A stretch of 64,000 bases of DNA from Candidatus Saccharimonadota bacterium (GTDB lineage: Bacteria > Patescibacteriota > Saccharimonadia > Saccharimonadales > AWTP1-31). The position numbers were made by a program, and so were the translations under genes. Below the pieces are notes generated by a model, which saw nothing but the letters and a program-made list of their open reading frames with translations, did not search any database and was not told the DNA's origin. The stretch covers positions 41,273 to 105,272 of the forward strand of contig JBPOHZ010000016.1 in the NCBI GenBank assembly GCA_052034955.1. Direction: 5' to 3'. Below are positions 56,123 through 64,000 of the stretch, piece after piece (the stretch's first letter is position 1; each line of letters opens with the position of its first letter).

Positions 56123-57562
56123 TCACCGACTGGTTAGTATATAAAACGCTACGAAGATAATGATTCCGACCGCGGCCCCCATAGCTCCACTAGCAACCGC
56201 CTGCTTGTAAGCTTTCTGATCTGTCATTTGGGGTATTTTGGTTAATTTATCATTTATAATCTCGGGTGTATAAATATTTTGAACACTGTCGTAGTTATTC
56301 AATTCAGAAGACTCTATACCAAGATTCTGCGCTCCTACAGGTATACCCTGATTATCTTTAACCTCATGCCGTCGTTCATAGGCCATCTCAGATTTTATAC
56401 TACTCTGCGATTCCACAGCTTCAGCAACTTTTTGCATGAAAGCTTCATGAGATTCCAAAGCGGTTTCAGGCTTGGTCTTTTCGGTTATCTCCCTAAGCCT
56501 TCTTTCTATTAGTTCGGAGTGTTTTGTACTTTGTTCATTAATATTCGTTGTTTTTTCAACAATTCTGTCTATATTAACTCTTTGGGCGATTGCTTCCGGG
56601 ACTGACTCGCTTGATTTCACTGGCTCCGAATACTCTATTTTTTGTTGTTGTTTCAACATAGTATTTTCTGAATCAATGGATTTCTGTTTAAGTTCTTCGA
56701 TGTCCTTATCGACCCTCTTGAACTCGTGTTTATTGATTGCCTGATTTCTTTTATCGCGCCTAAGGGCTAATCCGTAATTAAGTAGATGTAGACCGGTATT
56801 TACATGCTTATCGTTATAAACTTCAGCTTTTGGCTCACTAACAATAACCTCGCTTCTAGAAGCTTCAGCCATCGGCTCGCTAGATCTATACACTTCTTCG
56901 TTTTGCCTTCTTCGTAGTATCGCCTCTATGCTTTCCGGCTCGGGAACGGGCTGATCGGACTGAACAACTTCATGAGCATCTTCCGTTTGACCTCTCTCAA
57001 CATATGGCCTTAGAGTTGTTGCATCAAAGAATGGCTCAACTGGTTCCGGTTTAATATCCTCTATCCGCTCTAATGGTGCGTCGGCTTCGATTTCAGTAGG
57101 TAGCTCTGGAGTACTTGCTACTTCGGTATCTGGTGCAGTTGGTGGCCAATTTTCTTCTCTTTCGGTTGATGCAACTGGTTCAGGGACCTCAACGACAGGT
57201 AAACTTGTTGATTCAGTGCCCTCTACTAGCTCACTCTTATCTTCGACGACAAGCATATTCCTACTAAACAACTTCTTAAACCTATCGTATCGTCCAATCC
57301 AACCGGAAGTTTCTTTACCAGTGCTCTTCTCTACATTAGTTGGAGTACTATCATCATCGTCATCTTCTTCCTTATCATCTTCATCTTTTTCTTTTGATTT
57401 TTCCTTGGGTTTTTCTACCTCTTTTGGCGGTTCACCGAGTAATCTTGCCCAATAGCCCTCACTACCCTTCCACCTACTAACCCTACTGCGTCTGTCATCA
57501 ATAGTAGATTCATGGCTGTCGTCTTCTGGTTGCTCTTGGCTGAACTTGGGTCGTTCTTCCAT
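56123..57562 (-). CDS. Hypothetical acidic protein with a single C-terminal TM segment (tail-anchored topology)
   Basis: 479 aa, Glu/Asp/Lys-rich, no N-terminal signal peptide. C-terminal end is AMGAAVGIIIFVAFYILTSR. Confidence 0.55.
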   Translation of the reverse strand: MEERPKFSQEQPEDDSHESTIDDRRSRVSRWKGSEGYWARLLGEPPKEVEKPKEKSKEKDEDDKEEDDDDDSTPTNVEKSTGKETSGWIGRYDRFKKLFSRNMLVVEDKSELVEGTESTSLPVVEVPEPVASTEREENWPPTAPDTEVASTPELPTEIEADAPLERIEDIKPEPVEPFFDATTLRPYVERGQTEDAHEVVQSDQPVPEPESIEAILRRRQNEEVYRSSEPMAEASRSEVIVSEPKAEVYNDKHVNTGLHLLNYGLALRRDKRNQAINKHEFKRVDKDIEELKQKSIDSENTMLKQQQKIEYSEPVKSSESVPEAIAQRVNIDRIVEKTTNINEQSTKHSELIERRLREITEKTKPETALESHEAFMQKVAEAVESQSSIKSEMAYERRHEVKDNQGIPVGAQNLGIESSELNNYDSVQNIYTPEIINDKLTKIPQMTDQKAYKQAVASGAMGAAVGIIIFVAFYILTSR

Positions 57563-57571
57563 TATCTTTCC

Positions 57572-59335
57572 TTACAGCTTTCGGTCGACACTCTCTCGTG
57601 TAAACAACCTTACTTCGTCACCTTCTAGAACCTCTAGCTTACTGGTAGTTGCAATATTCATGCCACACATTTCACCTTCGAATACTTCTTTTGTGTCTTG
57701 TGGGCCTCGTTTTAGGTTGGTAACTTCTACTTCAGCAAGCTCTTGTTTGCCACGGAATACTCTGGCTAATGCTGGTGTTTCAAGTTTGCCACTCTTTACC
57801 TCGCCTCCACATATAACTTCAGTTTTAGATGTCTTAAATACAGCCTTCACCTGCAGAGTACCCAGGTCTTTTTCTATGATCTCCGGTGCTAATAGGCCTG
57901 TTAGCTCGACCTTAACGTCATCAATTAGTTCATAGATGATTGAATACAATCGGATACTAATCTTGTCCCTACTGGCCAGTCGCTTGATGCTAGCAGGAAG
58001 CTGGGAGTTAAAGCCATAAATAATTGCTCCACTTGAGTGAGCAAGATGTAGGTCGTTTTCGTTTACATTGCCGATTCCACTACTTACAACCCTTACAACA
58101 ACCTCTTCGTTGTCTAATGACTTAATACTATCGATTACAGATGTCAGCGAGCCCTGTACGTCAGCTTTAATAATAACCGGTAGCTCAGTCACTTCGTTCG
58201 TTCGGTTAATAAGACGAATCAACTCTCCACTTCCTATATCCTGACGACTGCTATCTTGTTTCTTGTGTTGAGCGATTGCCGAGGCCATAGATTTAGCCGT
58301 CTTTTCATCACTGGCTACCTGAAATTCATCGCCGAACTCTGGCAACTCTTTAAATCCTGTAACAATTACGGGGGTAGATGGTCCGGCAGTCTTTATTGGC
58401 TTCTTAAGAGTAGTTTCTAGATTACGAACCTTTGCATAGGTACTTCCAGCAACTACAAAATCCCCCTGTTTAAGGGTTCCCTCATCCACAAGACAGATTG
58501 CCACCGGCCCACGCCCCATCTCTAGGTGAGCTTCTATAACCAATCCGGTAGCCGGCTTATTAACTTCTGCCTTTAGTTCTTCAACATCGGCAACTAAAAG
58601 CACCATGTCTAGCAGTTCCGGGATACCCTGCTTTGTCTTTGCCGAAACCTCGACTATAACCGTATCGCCGCCCCATTCTTCTACCAAAAGGTCTTGCTCG
58701 GCAAGCTGTTGCTTAAGTTGTGGCACATTAGCACCTTCTTTATCTATCTTGTTAACCGCTACGATGATCTTGACTCCGGCTTTTCGAGCAAAACGGATTG
58801 CCTCAATAGTTTGAGGCTTAACTCCGTCATCAGCCGCAACAACAATAATAACCACATCGGTAAGCAGCGCTCCGTGCTCTCTAAGGGCAGCAAAGGCTTC
58901 ATGACCGGGTGTATCAAGAAATGTGATGTCACGGCTATTGTGAGACACCTGATAGGCTGAAATATGCTGAGTTATCCCCCCAGCTTCGCCCTTAGCAATC
59001 TCTGCACTACGTATTGCATCAAGCAAGCTAGTTTTACCATGATCAACATGACCCATAACAGCAATAACTGGGGGACGAGACTCGCCCGATTGATTACTTT
59101 TACGTTTTTCTCGTACCTCAATAGTTGGTGCTTCTACCTTTTTGGTCAGCTCGATATCGAGTCCAAGTTCACCAACAATAATCTGAGCCGTATCGAAGTC
59201 AATTCGCTCGTTAACTGTGGCCATGACACCGTTCTTCATTAGCTCACCGATCAATTTGGTAACTGGCAAAAGTAGCTTTTCGGCAAGAGCGCCGACGGTG
59301 ATTTGATCTTCAATCTCGATGGTTCGCTCTGCCAT
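57572..59335 (-). CDS. infB: Translation initiation factor IF-2 (short N-terminus)
   Basis: GHVDHGKTSLLD, DTPGHEAF and NKID G-motifs; 587 aa. Confidence 0.96.
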   Translation of the reverse strand: MAERTIEIEDQITVGALAEKLLLPVTKLIGELMKNGVMATVNERIDFDTAQIIVGELGLDIELTKKVEAPTIEVREKRKSNQSGESRPPVIAVMGHVDHGKTSLLDAIRSAEIAKGEAGGITQHISAYQVSHNSRDITFLDTPGHEAFAALREHGALLTDVVIIVVAADDGVKPQTIEAIRFARKAGVKIIVAVNKIDKEGANVPQLKQQLAEQDLLVEEWGGDTVIVEVSAKTKQGIPELLDMVLLVADVEELKAEVNKPATGLVIEAHLEMGRGPVAICLVDEGTLKQGDFVVAGSTYAKVRNLETTLKKPIKTAGPSTPVIVTGFKELPEFGDEFQVASDEKTAKSMASAIAQHKKQDSSRQDIGSGELIRLINRTNEVTELPVIIKADVQGSLTSVIDSIKSLDNEEVVVRVVSSGIGNVNENDLHLAHSSGAIIYGFNSQLPASIKRLASRDKISIRLYSIIYELIDDVKVELTGLLAPEIIEKDLGTLQVKAVFKTSKTEVICGGEVKSGKLETPALARVFRGKQELAEVEVTNLKRGPQDTKEVFEGEMCGMNIATTSKLEVLEGDEVRLFTRESVDRKL

Positions 59336-59364
59336 AGCCTACCTTTCTACAGTTCTTGCTGTAA

Positions 59365-60426
59365 TTATTTTGTGTCTTTGAGGCTTAGCGCTATTTTGCG
59401 CGCCTCAGTGTCGATATCTAGAACTTTGAATTGCTTCTTTTCGTTAAGTTGGAATACTTTCTCTGGGTCTGCACCGTCATCACCACTCATTTCGGATACG
59501 TGTACTAGAGCTTCAACACTTGGGCTAAGTTGTACAAATGCACCAAATGGAGTAATTCGAGTTACTTTTCCTTCGACTGTATCACCCTTTTTAAAGGCTT
59601 TTACTTCGCTCAACCATGGATCGTCTTGCATCTGTTTCATGCTAAGGCTTAGTCGGTCTTTATCGATAGCAATGATCTTAGCTTTGATAGTCTGACCGTT
59701 CTTTACGTATTCACGTGGGTCTTCAACACGCTCCCAAGAAATTTCAGAGATGTGAACAAGTCCTTCGATACCATCAACATTTACGAATGCACCGAAGTCG
59801 ATCACACCCGTAACAACACCTTCAACTTCATCTCCAACCTTAAGTTCTGAGAATCGTGACTGCATGTCGTCTTTGGTAGCTTCCTTCTCTGAGAAGATAA
59901 GCTTATTGTCTTTGCGGCTGACGTCTAAGACGCGTGCTCGAAGCACCTGACCAGTAAGAGCATTCAACTTCTGTAAGATTTCGTCTTTATCGGCACCAGA
60001 TACTCTTGGATAGTGACCAGCAGCTAGCTGAGAAACTGGTAAGAACCCTCGGATTCCTTCCATCTCTACAAGAAGACCACCACGGTTGGCGTCATAAGGA
60101 GTAATCTCGATGATTTCACCTGATTCAAATATGCGCTGTAATTCGTCCCAACCCCTGTCCTTAACGGCACGCTTCATGCTGAGCAGTGCATAGCCTTCGT
60201 CCATTTCAGGATCTACAACACTGGTAGTAACCTTCTCGCCAATTTCCAATTTTTGGCCATGACCAATTTCACGTCGCATAACTACACCAACGCCATTAGC
60301 ACCCAGGTCTAGCCACATTTCGTGCTTACGTACCGAAGTAATAGTTCCTTCGATAACATCCCCTACTTTTAGCTGCTTTATTTCACTAGACGCCAGCAAC
60401 TCGTCCATTGTTAAACTTTTTGACAT
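59365..60426 (-). CDS. rpsA: 30S ribosomal protein S1 (four S1 domains)
   Basis: Repeated VGDVIEG / VGDEVEG / KGDTVEG OB-fold S1 modules. Start moved to the second ATG because GGAGG lies only 1 nt from the first. Confidence 0.88.
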   Translation of the reverse strand: MSKSLTMDELLASSEIKQLKVGDVIEGTITSVRKHEMWLDLGANGVGVVMRREIGHGQKLEIGEKVTTSVVDPEMDEGYALLSMKRAVKDRGWDELQRIFESGEIIEITPYDANRGGLLVEMEGIRGFLPVSQLAAGHYPRVSGADKDEILQKLNALTGQVLRARVLDVSRKDNKLIFSEKEATKDDMQSRFSELKVGDEVEGVVTGVIDFGAFVNVDGIEGLVHISEISWERVEDPREYVKNGQTIKAKIIAIDKDRLSLSMKQMQDDPWLSEVKAFKKGDTVEGKVTRITPFGAFVQLSPSVEALVHVSEMSGDDGADPEKVFQLNEKKQFKVLDIDTEARKIALSLKDTK

Positions 60427-60491
60427 GAATTTCATGCCTCCTTATTTCTGCGGCAACCCTTGAGCTGTTTTTCCGATCAGATTTACCTAAG

Positions 60492-60520
60492 ATTATACCC
60501 TGTTGCTCCTCTGTTGGCAA
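60492..60520 (-). promoter_or_regulatory. Promoter TTGCCA-17-TATAAT for rpsA
   Basis: Read directly on the minus strand. It is followed by a roughly 60-nt leader with a GGAGG SD. Confidence 0.6.
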
Positions 60521-60534
60521 CTGATGACCTGGCT

Positions 60535-60563
60535 TTGCTAGGAGCAGTTTTGTGTTCTATACT
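60535..60563 (+). promoter_or_regulatory. Promoter TTGCTA-17-TATACT, 7 nt upstream of the ROK-kinase ATG (leaderless candidate)
   Basis: TTGCTA-ggagcagttttgtgttc-TATACT-ttagagc-ATG. Confidence 0.55.
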
Positions 60564-60570
60564 TTAGAGC

Positions 60571-61377
60571 ATGTATTTGGCGGTTGATATTGGTGCAACA
60601 AAAATTCTATTGGCTGTTTTTACTGCCGATGGAAAAGTAGTCGAAAAACTTAAATTTCCAACCGACAAAACCTATCCAGCAATGATCAATAGTCTGTCAG
60701 AACAGATAAAATTACTACAAAACCAAAATTTTAAACTAGCAGTTGTTGCAGTACCAGGAAGACTTGATAGAAAGAAAGGAATCGCAATCGCATTCGGAAA
60801 TCGTGACTGGCGTAATGTTGCAATTACCCATGATGCCGAAAAGATTATTGGATGCCCTGTAGTTATAGAGAATGATGCCAAACTGGCTGCACTTTCCGAG
60901 GCCATTCTTATCAAAGAAAGTTATAAAAAAGTACTTTATGTAACTATAAGCACTGGAATAAGTTCAGGACTTGTCGTAGATGGTATTTTAGATCCAGAAT
61001 TAATCGACAGTGAAAGTGGCCAAATGTGGTTTGATCACAATGGCAAAATGCAACAGTGGGAAGACTTTGCATCCGGAAGAGCTATTGTGGCCAAATATGG
61101 AAAGCGCGCAAGTGAAATCGAAGACCCGAAAATATGGAAAGAAATCTCTAAAAATATTGCCTTGGGATTAAGAGAGCTAATCGCAATCATTCAACCTGAT
61201 GTTATCGTCCTGGGCGGTGGAGTCGGAACACATTACGACAAGTTCAAGTCGGCTCTATCTGCCGAACTAAAGGCCTATGAACTACCAATTGCCCCAACTC
61301 CACCAATCCAAAAAGCCAAGAATCCCGAGGAAGCGGTAATATTTGGCTGTTATCAGATGGCAATAAATGCAAAATGA
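60571..61377 (+). CDS. ROK family protein (glucokinase-like sugar kinase)
   Basis: LAVDIGATKILLAV, VPGRLD and ENDAKLAALSEA motifs. Confidence 0.75.
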   Translation: MYLAVDIGATKILLAVFTADGKVVEKLKFPTDKTYPAMINSLSEQIKLLQNQNFKLAVVAVPGRLDRKKGIAIAFGNRDWRNVAITHDAEKIIGCPVVIENDAKLAALSEAILIKESYKKVLYVTISTGISSGLVVDGILDPELIDSESGQMWFDHNGKMQQWEDFASGRAIVAKYGKRASEIEDPKIWKEISKNIALGLRELIAIIQPDVIVLGGGVGTHYDKFKSALSAELKAYELPIAPTPPIQKAKNPEEAVIFGCYQMAINAK

Positions 61378-61844
61378 CAAAACTACTCGAAAAAATTATT
61401 AACGATCACCCTAAGATAAATTTCGAACCCAAAGACAGTTTTTCTTGGTGGCCCAAAAAGCAAACCGTTAATTACGTACTAGAAAAACTGTCTGATGATG
61501 CCGGTAGTTGGTCGCTGTTACATGAAGTTGGTCATGGAAAACTTGGACATCAGAAACACGGAACCGATTTTAATCTGTTAAAACTTGAGATTGATGCTTG
61601 GAAAGAAGCGAAAGTTCTTGCCAAGAAATACGGTGTAAGTATAGATCAGGAGCATATCGAAAATTGCCTAGATTCATATAGAGACTGGCTCTATCTTAGA
61701 AGCACCTGTCCAACATGCACTAGCACTAGCCAACAGATAAGCACTAGCACTTATCGTTGTTTCAATTGCAACACTGAATGGAAGGTGTCTTCGCCAAGAC
61801 AATGCCGCCCATACCGAATGCTTAATAAAAAAGAACCCCGGTAA
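61374..61844 (+). CDS. Hypothetical protein with HExxH motif and C-terminal zinc-ribbon-like Cys pairs
   Basis: LLHEVGHGKLGH, then CPTC...CFNC. ATGA overlap with the ROK gene. Confidence 0.5.
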   Translation: MTKLLEKIINDHPKINFEPKDSFSWWPKKQTVNYVLEKLSDDAGSWSLLHEVGHGKLGHQKHGTDFNLLKLEIDAWKEAKVLAKKYGVSIDQEHIENCLDSYRDWLYLRSTCPTCTSTSQQISTSTYRCFNCNTEWKVSSPRQCRPYRMLNKKEPR

Positions 61845-61856
61845 TCCGGAGTTCTT
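61824..61856 (-). terminator. Rho-independent terminator for the KGG stress-protein gene (overlaps the 3' end of the convergent gene)
   Basis: Minus strand reads AAGAACuCCGG-auua-CCGGgGUUCUU followed by UUUUAUU. Confidence 0.7.
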
Positions 61857-61881
61857 AGTGCACTACTAGTCTTTTTGGGGA

Positions 61882-62076
61882 TTAGTTTGCTTTTGTTCGG
61901 CGGCTAATGCGTCCACCCTTAGCGCCAGCAATACGAGCTAGTTCACGGTTAGCAAAGAAGCCACCGGTTCGGCCCTTCTTGCCACCTTTAGCACCGATTT
62001 TTGCATAAAAATCTGAGCCATATTTAGCTTTGTTAGTTGCAGCAGCGGCTTCGCCACCTTTTTTTGTTCCAGCCAT
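61882..62076 (-). CDS. KGG-repeat small general stress protein
   Basis: GAKGGKKG and GAKGG repeats (KGG motif) in a 64-aa basic protein. Confidence 0.75.
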   Translation of the reverse strand: MAGTKKGGEAAAATNKAKYGSDFYAKIGAKGGKKGRTGGFFANRELARIAGAKGGRISRRTKAN

Positions 62077-62179
62077 AGTCTAGGCCTCCCTTTAAAATTA
62101 ATGCCCCACCCAGACTCTGACAGAAGCAAGTGAAAGCGCCCCACCAAGCATTCCTCTTATCCCTTTCAGAATTACTAAA

Positions 62180-62208
62180 ATAGTATCACTGTATTGCGCT
62201 AATGTCAA
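62180..62208 (-). promoter_or_regulatory. Promoter TTGACA-17-TACTAT for the KGG gene
   Basis: Read directly on the minus strand. It leaves a roughly 97-nt leader. Confidence 0.55.
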
Positions 62209-62290
62209 TTAAAATTTATGATATTTAAGGTAGATTTAAGATTCGAGCATTTTCAGACCCAATTTTGCACAATTTTACAACAACATGCGC

Positions 62291-64000
62291 CTAAATACTG
62301 TCCACCATAAGCCACAAAGCGGCTTTATTCTTTTCGAACTGACTATAGCGATCGCTCCCAAGCTCTACTAAAATCGCAGGTGTTCGAAGCTTGTCGTGCA
62401 GCCAAGTCTCGAAAGCTCCAGTGGTGTCATACTGGAATACCTCGTTGGTATCAGAGACTGGTAAGTAGCGATAGCCTGAGGAACGGGCATATGCTCTTGC
62501 TAGACGATTTGAATATCCGCTGTCATTTCCCGACACAACTGAAGCCGTACTATGATAAGTAAGTACTAGGTCGGGCGACTCCCTGATCACTAGATTATAC
62601 AAAGCCATCGATTCAGGCTCCGACAATGGCTTCTTACCGGCACCATTCTTAACAGGAGTACTTCTTCCCGGCATTGTTACATTACTTTTCCAGTCGTTGG
62701 CTGGGAAATTCCTATTCAGATCTACGCCGTTACTATTAACTCTTTTGATGCCTTCAACTCCGTCAGGATTTAAACTTGGCACAATAATTATTGTTTGATC
62801 TGATGGAATCTTACTAGGGTTAGAATCCAACTCTTTTATCCAGGCCTCCATTAGATACTTTGTACTTCTTTCATTCCCGTGAGTAGCTCCTACAAAAAGA
62901 ACTTTTTTATCTCCGGAGCCAAATCTCCAGGAATTGATTGACTCCCCCTCCGCTGAGCTTCCAATTGATCTGACAACGTAGCAAGTAGTTCTTGATGACC
63001 TACTCCACTCTGAGTCGCCACTAATACCATACTTACTTACTACATCGTCTGATATAGAGACCGCAAAAGGTACACATAATCCCCAGTTTGTTTTAGGCGT
63101 AATAGTGATCGATTTTTCAGAAATTTTAAAGCTAACTGGAACGCTCTTACCCCTGACCCTTACAGAGATAAGCTTGTCTAGGTCCTGCTTACCCTTAATC
63201 TTTTGGTCAAAATTGAATATTACAGATTTACCGCTAGTAAATGAACGCGTTCCTAAATTTGAACTACTGACTTTTGGTCCGCCAGATGTTGAAAAGTTAA
63301 CAGCGACCGGCTTAAGTAACAGGCCTTTATCCTTTGCCACTAGTTCATTGACTTCAAGCTTGAACTTCTTCCGTCTTGGAAGGTCTTTATTAAGCTTTAT
63401 GATTGCGACCCTTCCAGATATAGACACTGTCTGTGGGATCGAATTTATAGAGATACTCGCGTTGTTTAAGTCTCTGCTAGCCTTAATTGTGATGGTCTTT
63501 GGTATGCCATATACAGTTGACTCGTTCTTTACCGATACATCACTAATATTTATTGGATCGGTAGTTTGGATATTCTTACTTAATATCGTACCTACTTCCT
63601 TATCATTGAACAATCTGATCACACTCAATTGATACTTCTTATTTTGGTGTAATTTCAATTTATCAATATCGCATTTTAAGTTTAATCCTTGAGGCAGACA
63701 GTCTACTACACCACTATCGCTTCTAATCTGATAGTTAAAGGTTTTATCAGTTTTGTCTAGCTTAAGTACCAGATCCTCACGAACTGATATCCTAGCGCCA
63801 AGGCTTTCGTTATCTACTTCAGGATGATTATCTGTCGTCACTACATACTGCTTACCGAGAGAAGGCAAACCAAAGATCTTTAACCCAATAACCGATGAAG
63901 ACGCTTCATTTACTGCAGCCTGAGGCACTACACACGAGCTAGTAGATAGCAGCGAAATACCAAATACCGACTTTATATTTGCATGAACTAACTTAAACTC
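62291..64000 (-). CDS. Secreted M14 zinc carboxypeptidase-domain protein with N-terminal beta-rich (Ig-like) repeats; 5' end outside the window
   Basis: GATHGNERST (HxxE), NPDGVEG, NGVDLNRNF and LTYHS. The track start (GTG 63928) is not the real start: the frame stays open to base 64000 and reads ...KSVFGISLLSTSSCVVPQAAV, which looks like a signal peptide. Confidence 0.8.
   Translation of the reverse strand, partial: EFKLVHANIKSVFGISLLSTSSCVVPQAAVNEASSSVIGLKIFGLPSLGKQYVVTTDNHPEVDNESLGARISVREDLVLKLDKTDKTFNYQIRSDSGVVDCLPQGLNLKCDIDKLKLHQNKKYQLSVIRLFNDKEVGTILSKNIQTTDPINISDVSVKNESTVYGIPKTITIKASRDLNNASISINSIPQTVSISGRVAIIKLNKDLPRRKKFKLEVNELVAKDKGLLLKPVAVNFSTSGGPKVSSSNLGTRSFTSGKSVIFNFDQKIKGKQDLDKLISVRVRGKSVPVSFKISEKSITITPKTNWGLCVPFAVSISDDVVSKYGISGDSEWSRSSRTTCYVVRSIGSSAEGESINSWRFGSGDKKVLFVGATHGNERSTKYLMEAWIKELDSNPSKIPSDQTIIIVPSLNPDGVEGIKRVNSNGVDLNRNFPANDWKSNVTMPGRSTPVKNGAGKKPLSEPESMALYNLVIRESPDLVLTYHSTASVVSGNDSGYSNRLARAYARSSGYRYLPVSDTNEVFQYDTTGAFETWLHDKLRTPAILVELGSDRYSQFEKNKAALWLMVDSI

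Noticed and set aside
56123-56200. The C-terminus of the 479-aa acidic protein as a sortase sorting signal for the sortase at 18355.
   Set aside because: It has no LPxTG/LAxTG motif (the sequence is ...KQAVASGAMGAAVG...). It also lacks an N-terminal signal peptide, so it cannot reach the sortase.
1091-63632. Many 60-175-aa ORFs in the track lie antisense to or inside the large genes. Examples: 1091..1414, 2283..2474, 2604..2789, 40514..40936, 45470..45811, 57546..57935, 59303..59695, 63105..63632.
   Set aside because: Each is fully embedded in a longer ORF on the other strand or frame that has strong family motifs. Their translations are low-complexity, Ser/Leu/Pro-rich shadow frames with no RBS or promoter context.
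1-64000. A mobile element, prophage, defence island or alternative genetic code.
   Set aside because: No integrase, transposase, recombinase, phage structural, restriction or CRISPR-associated genes were recognised. Long conserved ORFs terminate at TGA as well as TAA/TAG, and RF2 is present.

Overview
This 64-kb window is a gene-dense, mostly housekeeping chromosomal segment from a small-genome monoderm-type bacterium. I call about 66 protein-coding genes, most on the minus strand. They cover translation (rpmA, rplU, rpsB, rpsU, rpsA, rpmE, tsf, frr, infB, prfA, prfB, prmC, def, fmt, map, hpf; serS, lysS, proS, ileS), division (ftsE, ftsX, PcsB-like hydrolase, ftsA, ftsZ), secretion and proteolysis (secA, lepB, S41, M16, M50, HtrA, CPBP, M14), nucleotide metabolism (pyrG, adk, nrdR-nrdJ) and partitioning (parAB). 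Gene order resembles Firmicutes (hpf-secA-...-prfB-ftsE-ftsX-...-ctp; rpsU-yqeY). Many proteins are in short forms (EF-Ts, Adk, ProRS without INS, short IF-2). Together with the unknown ORFs, this suggests a Patescibacteria/CPR (Saccharimonadia-like) origin, but that is inference only. I saw no rRNA, tRNA, CRISPR array, transposase, integrase or prophage genes. TGA is used as a stop codon and both RF1 and RF2 are present, so the code is standard. The most interesting items are these. (1) A clear heliorhodopsin gene (17486-18295), followed 27 bp later by a Cys-rich PD-(D/E)XK nuclease and flanked by sortase, msrA and DUF427, with no retinal-synthesis genes in view. (2) A T-box-like leader upstream of ileS with an unusual nested antiterminator/terminator layout. 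(3) A recurrent '-10 box, 6-8 nt, ATG' arrangement at 14 gene starts, implying widespread leaderless mRNAs. (4) A DUF427 gene that apparently starts at ATA. (5) A structured, GC-rich spacer between nrdR and nrdJ, plus candidate NrdR boxes upstream of nrdR. (6) Several orphan genes in conserved contexts.
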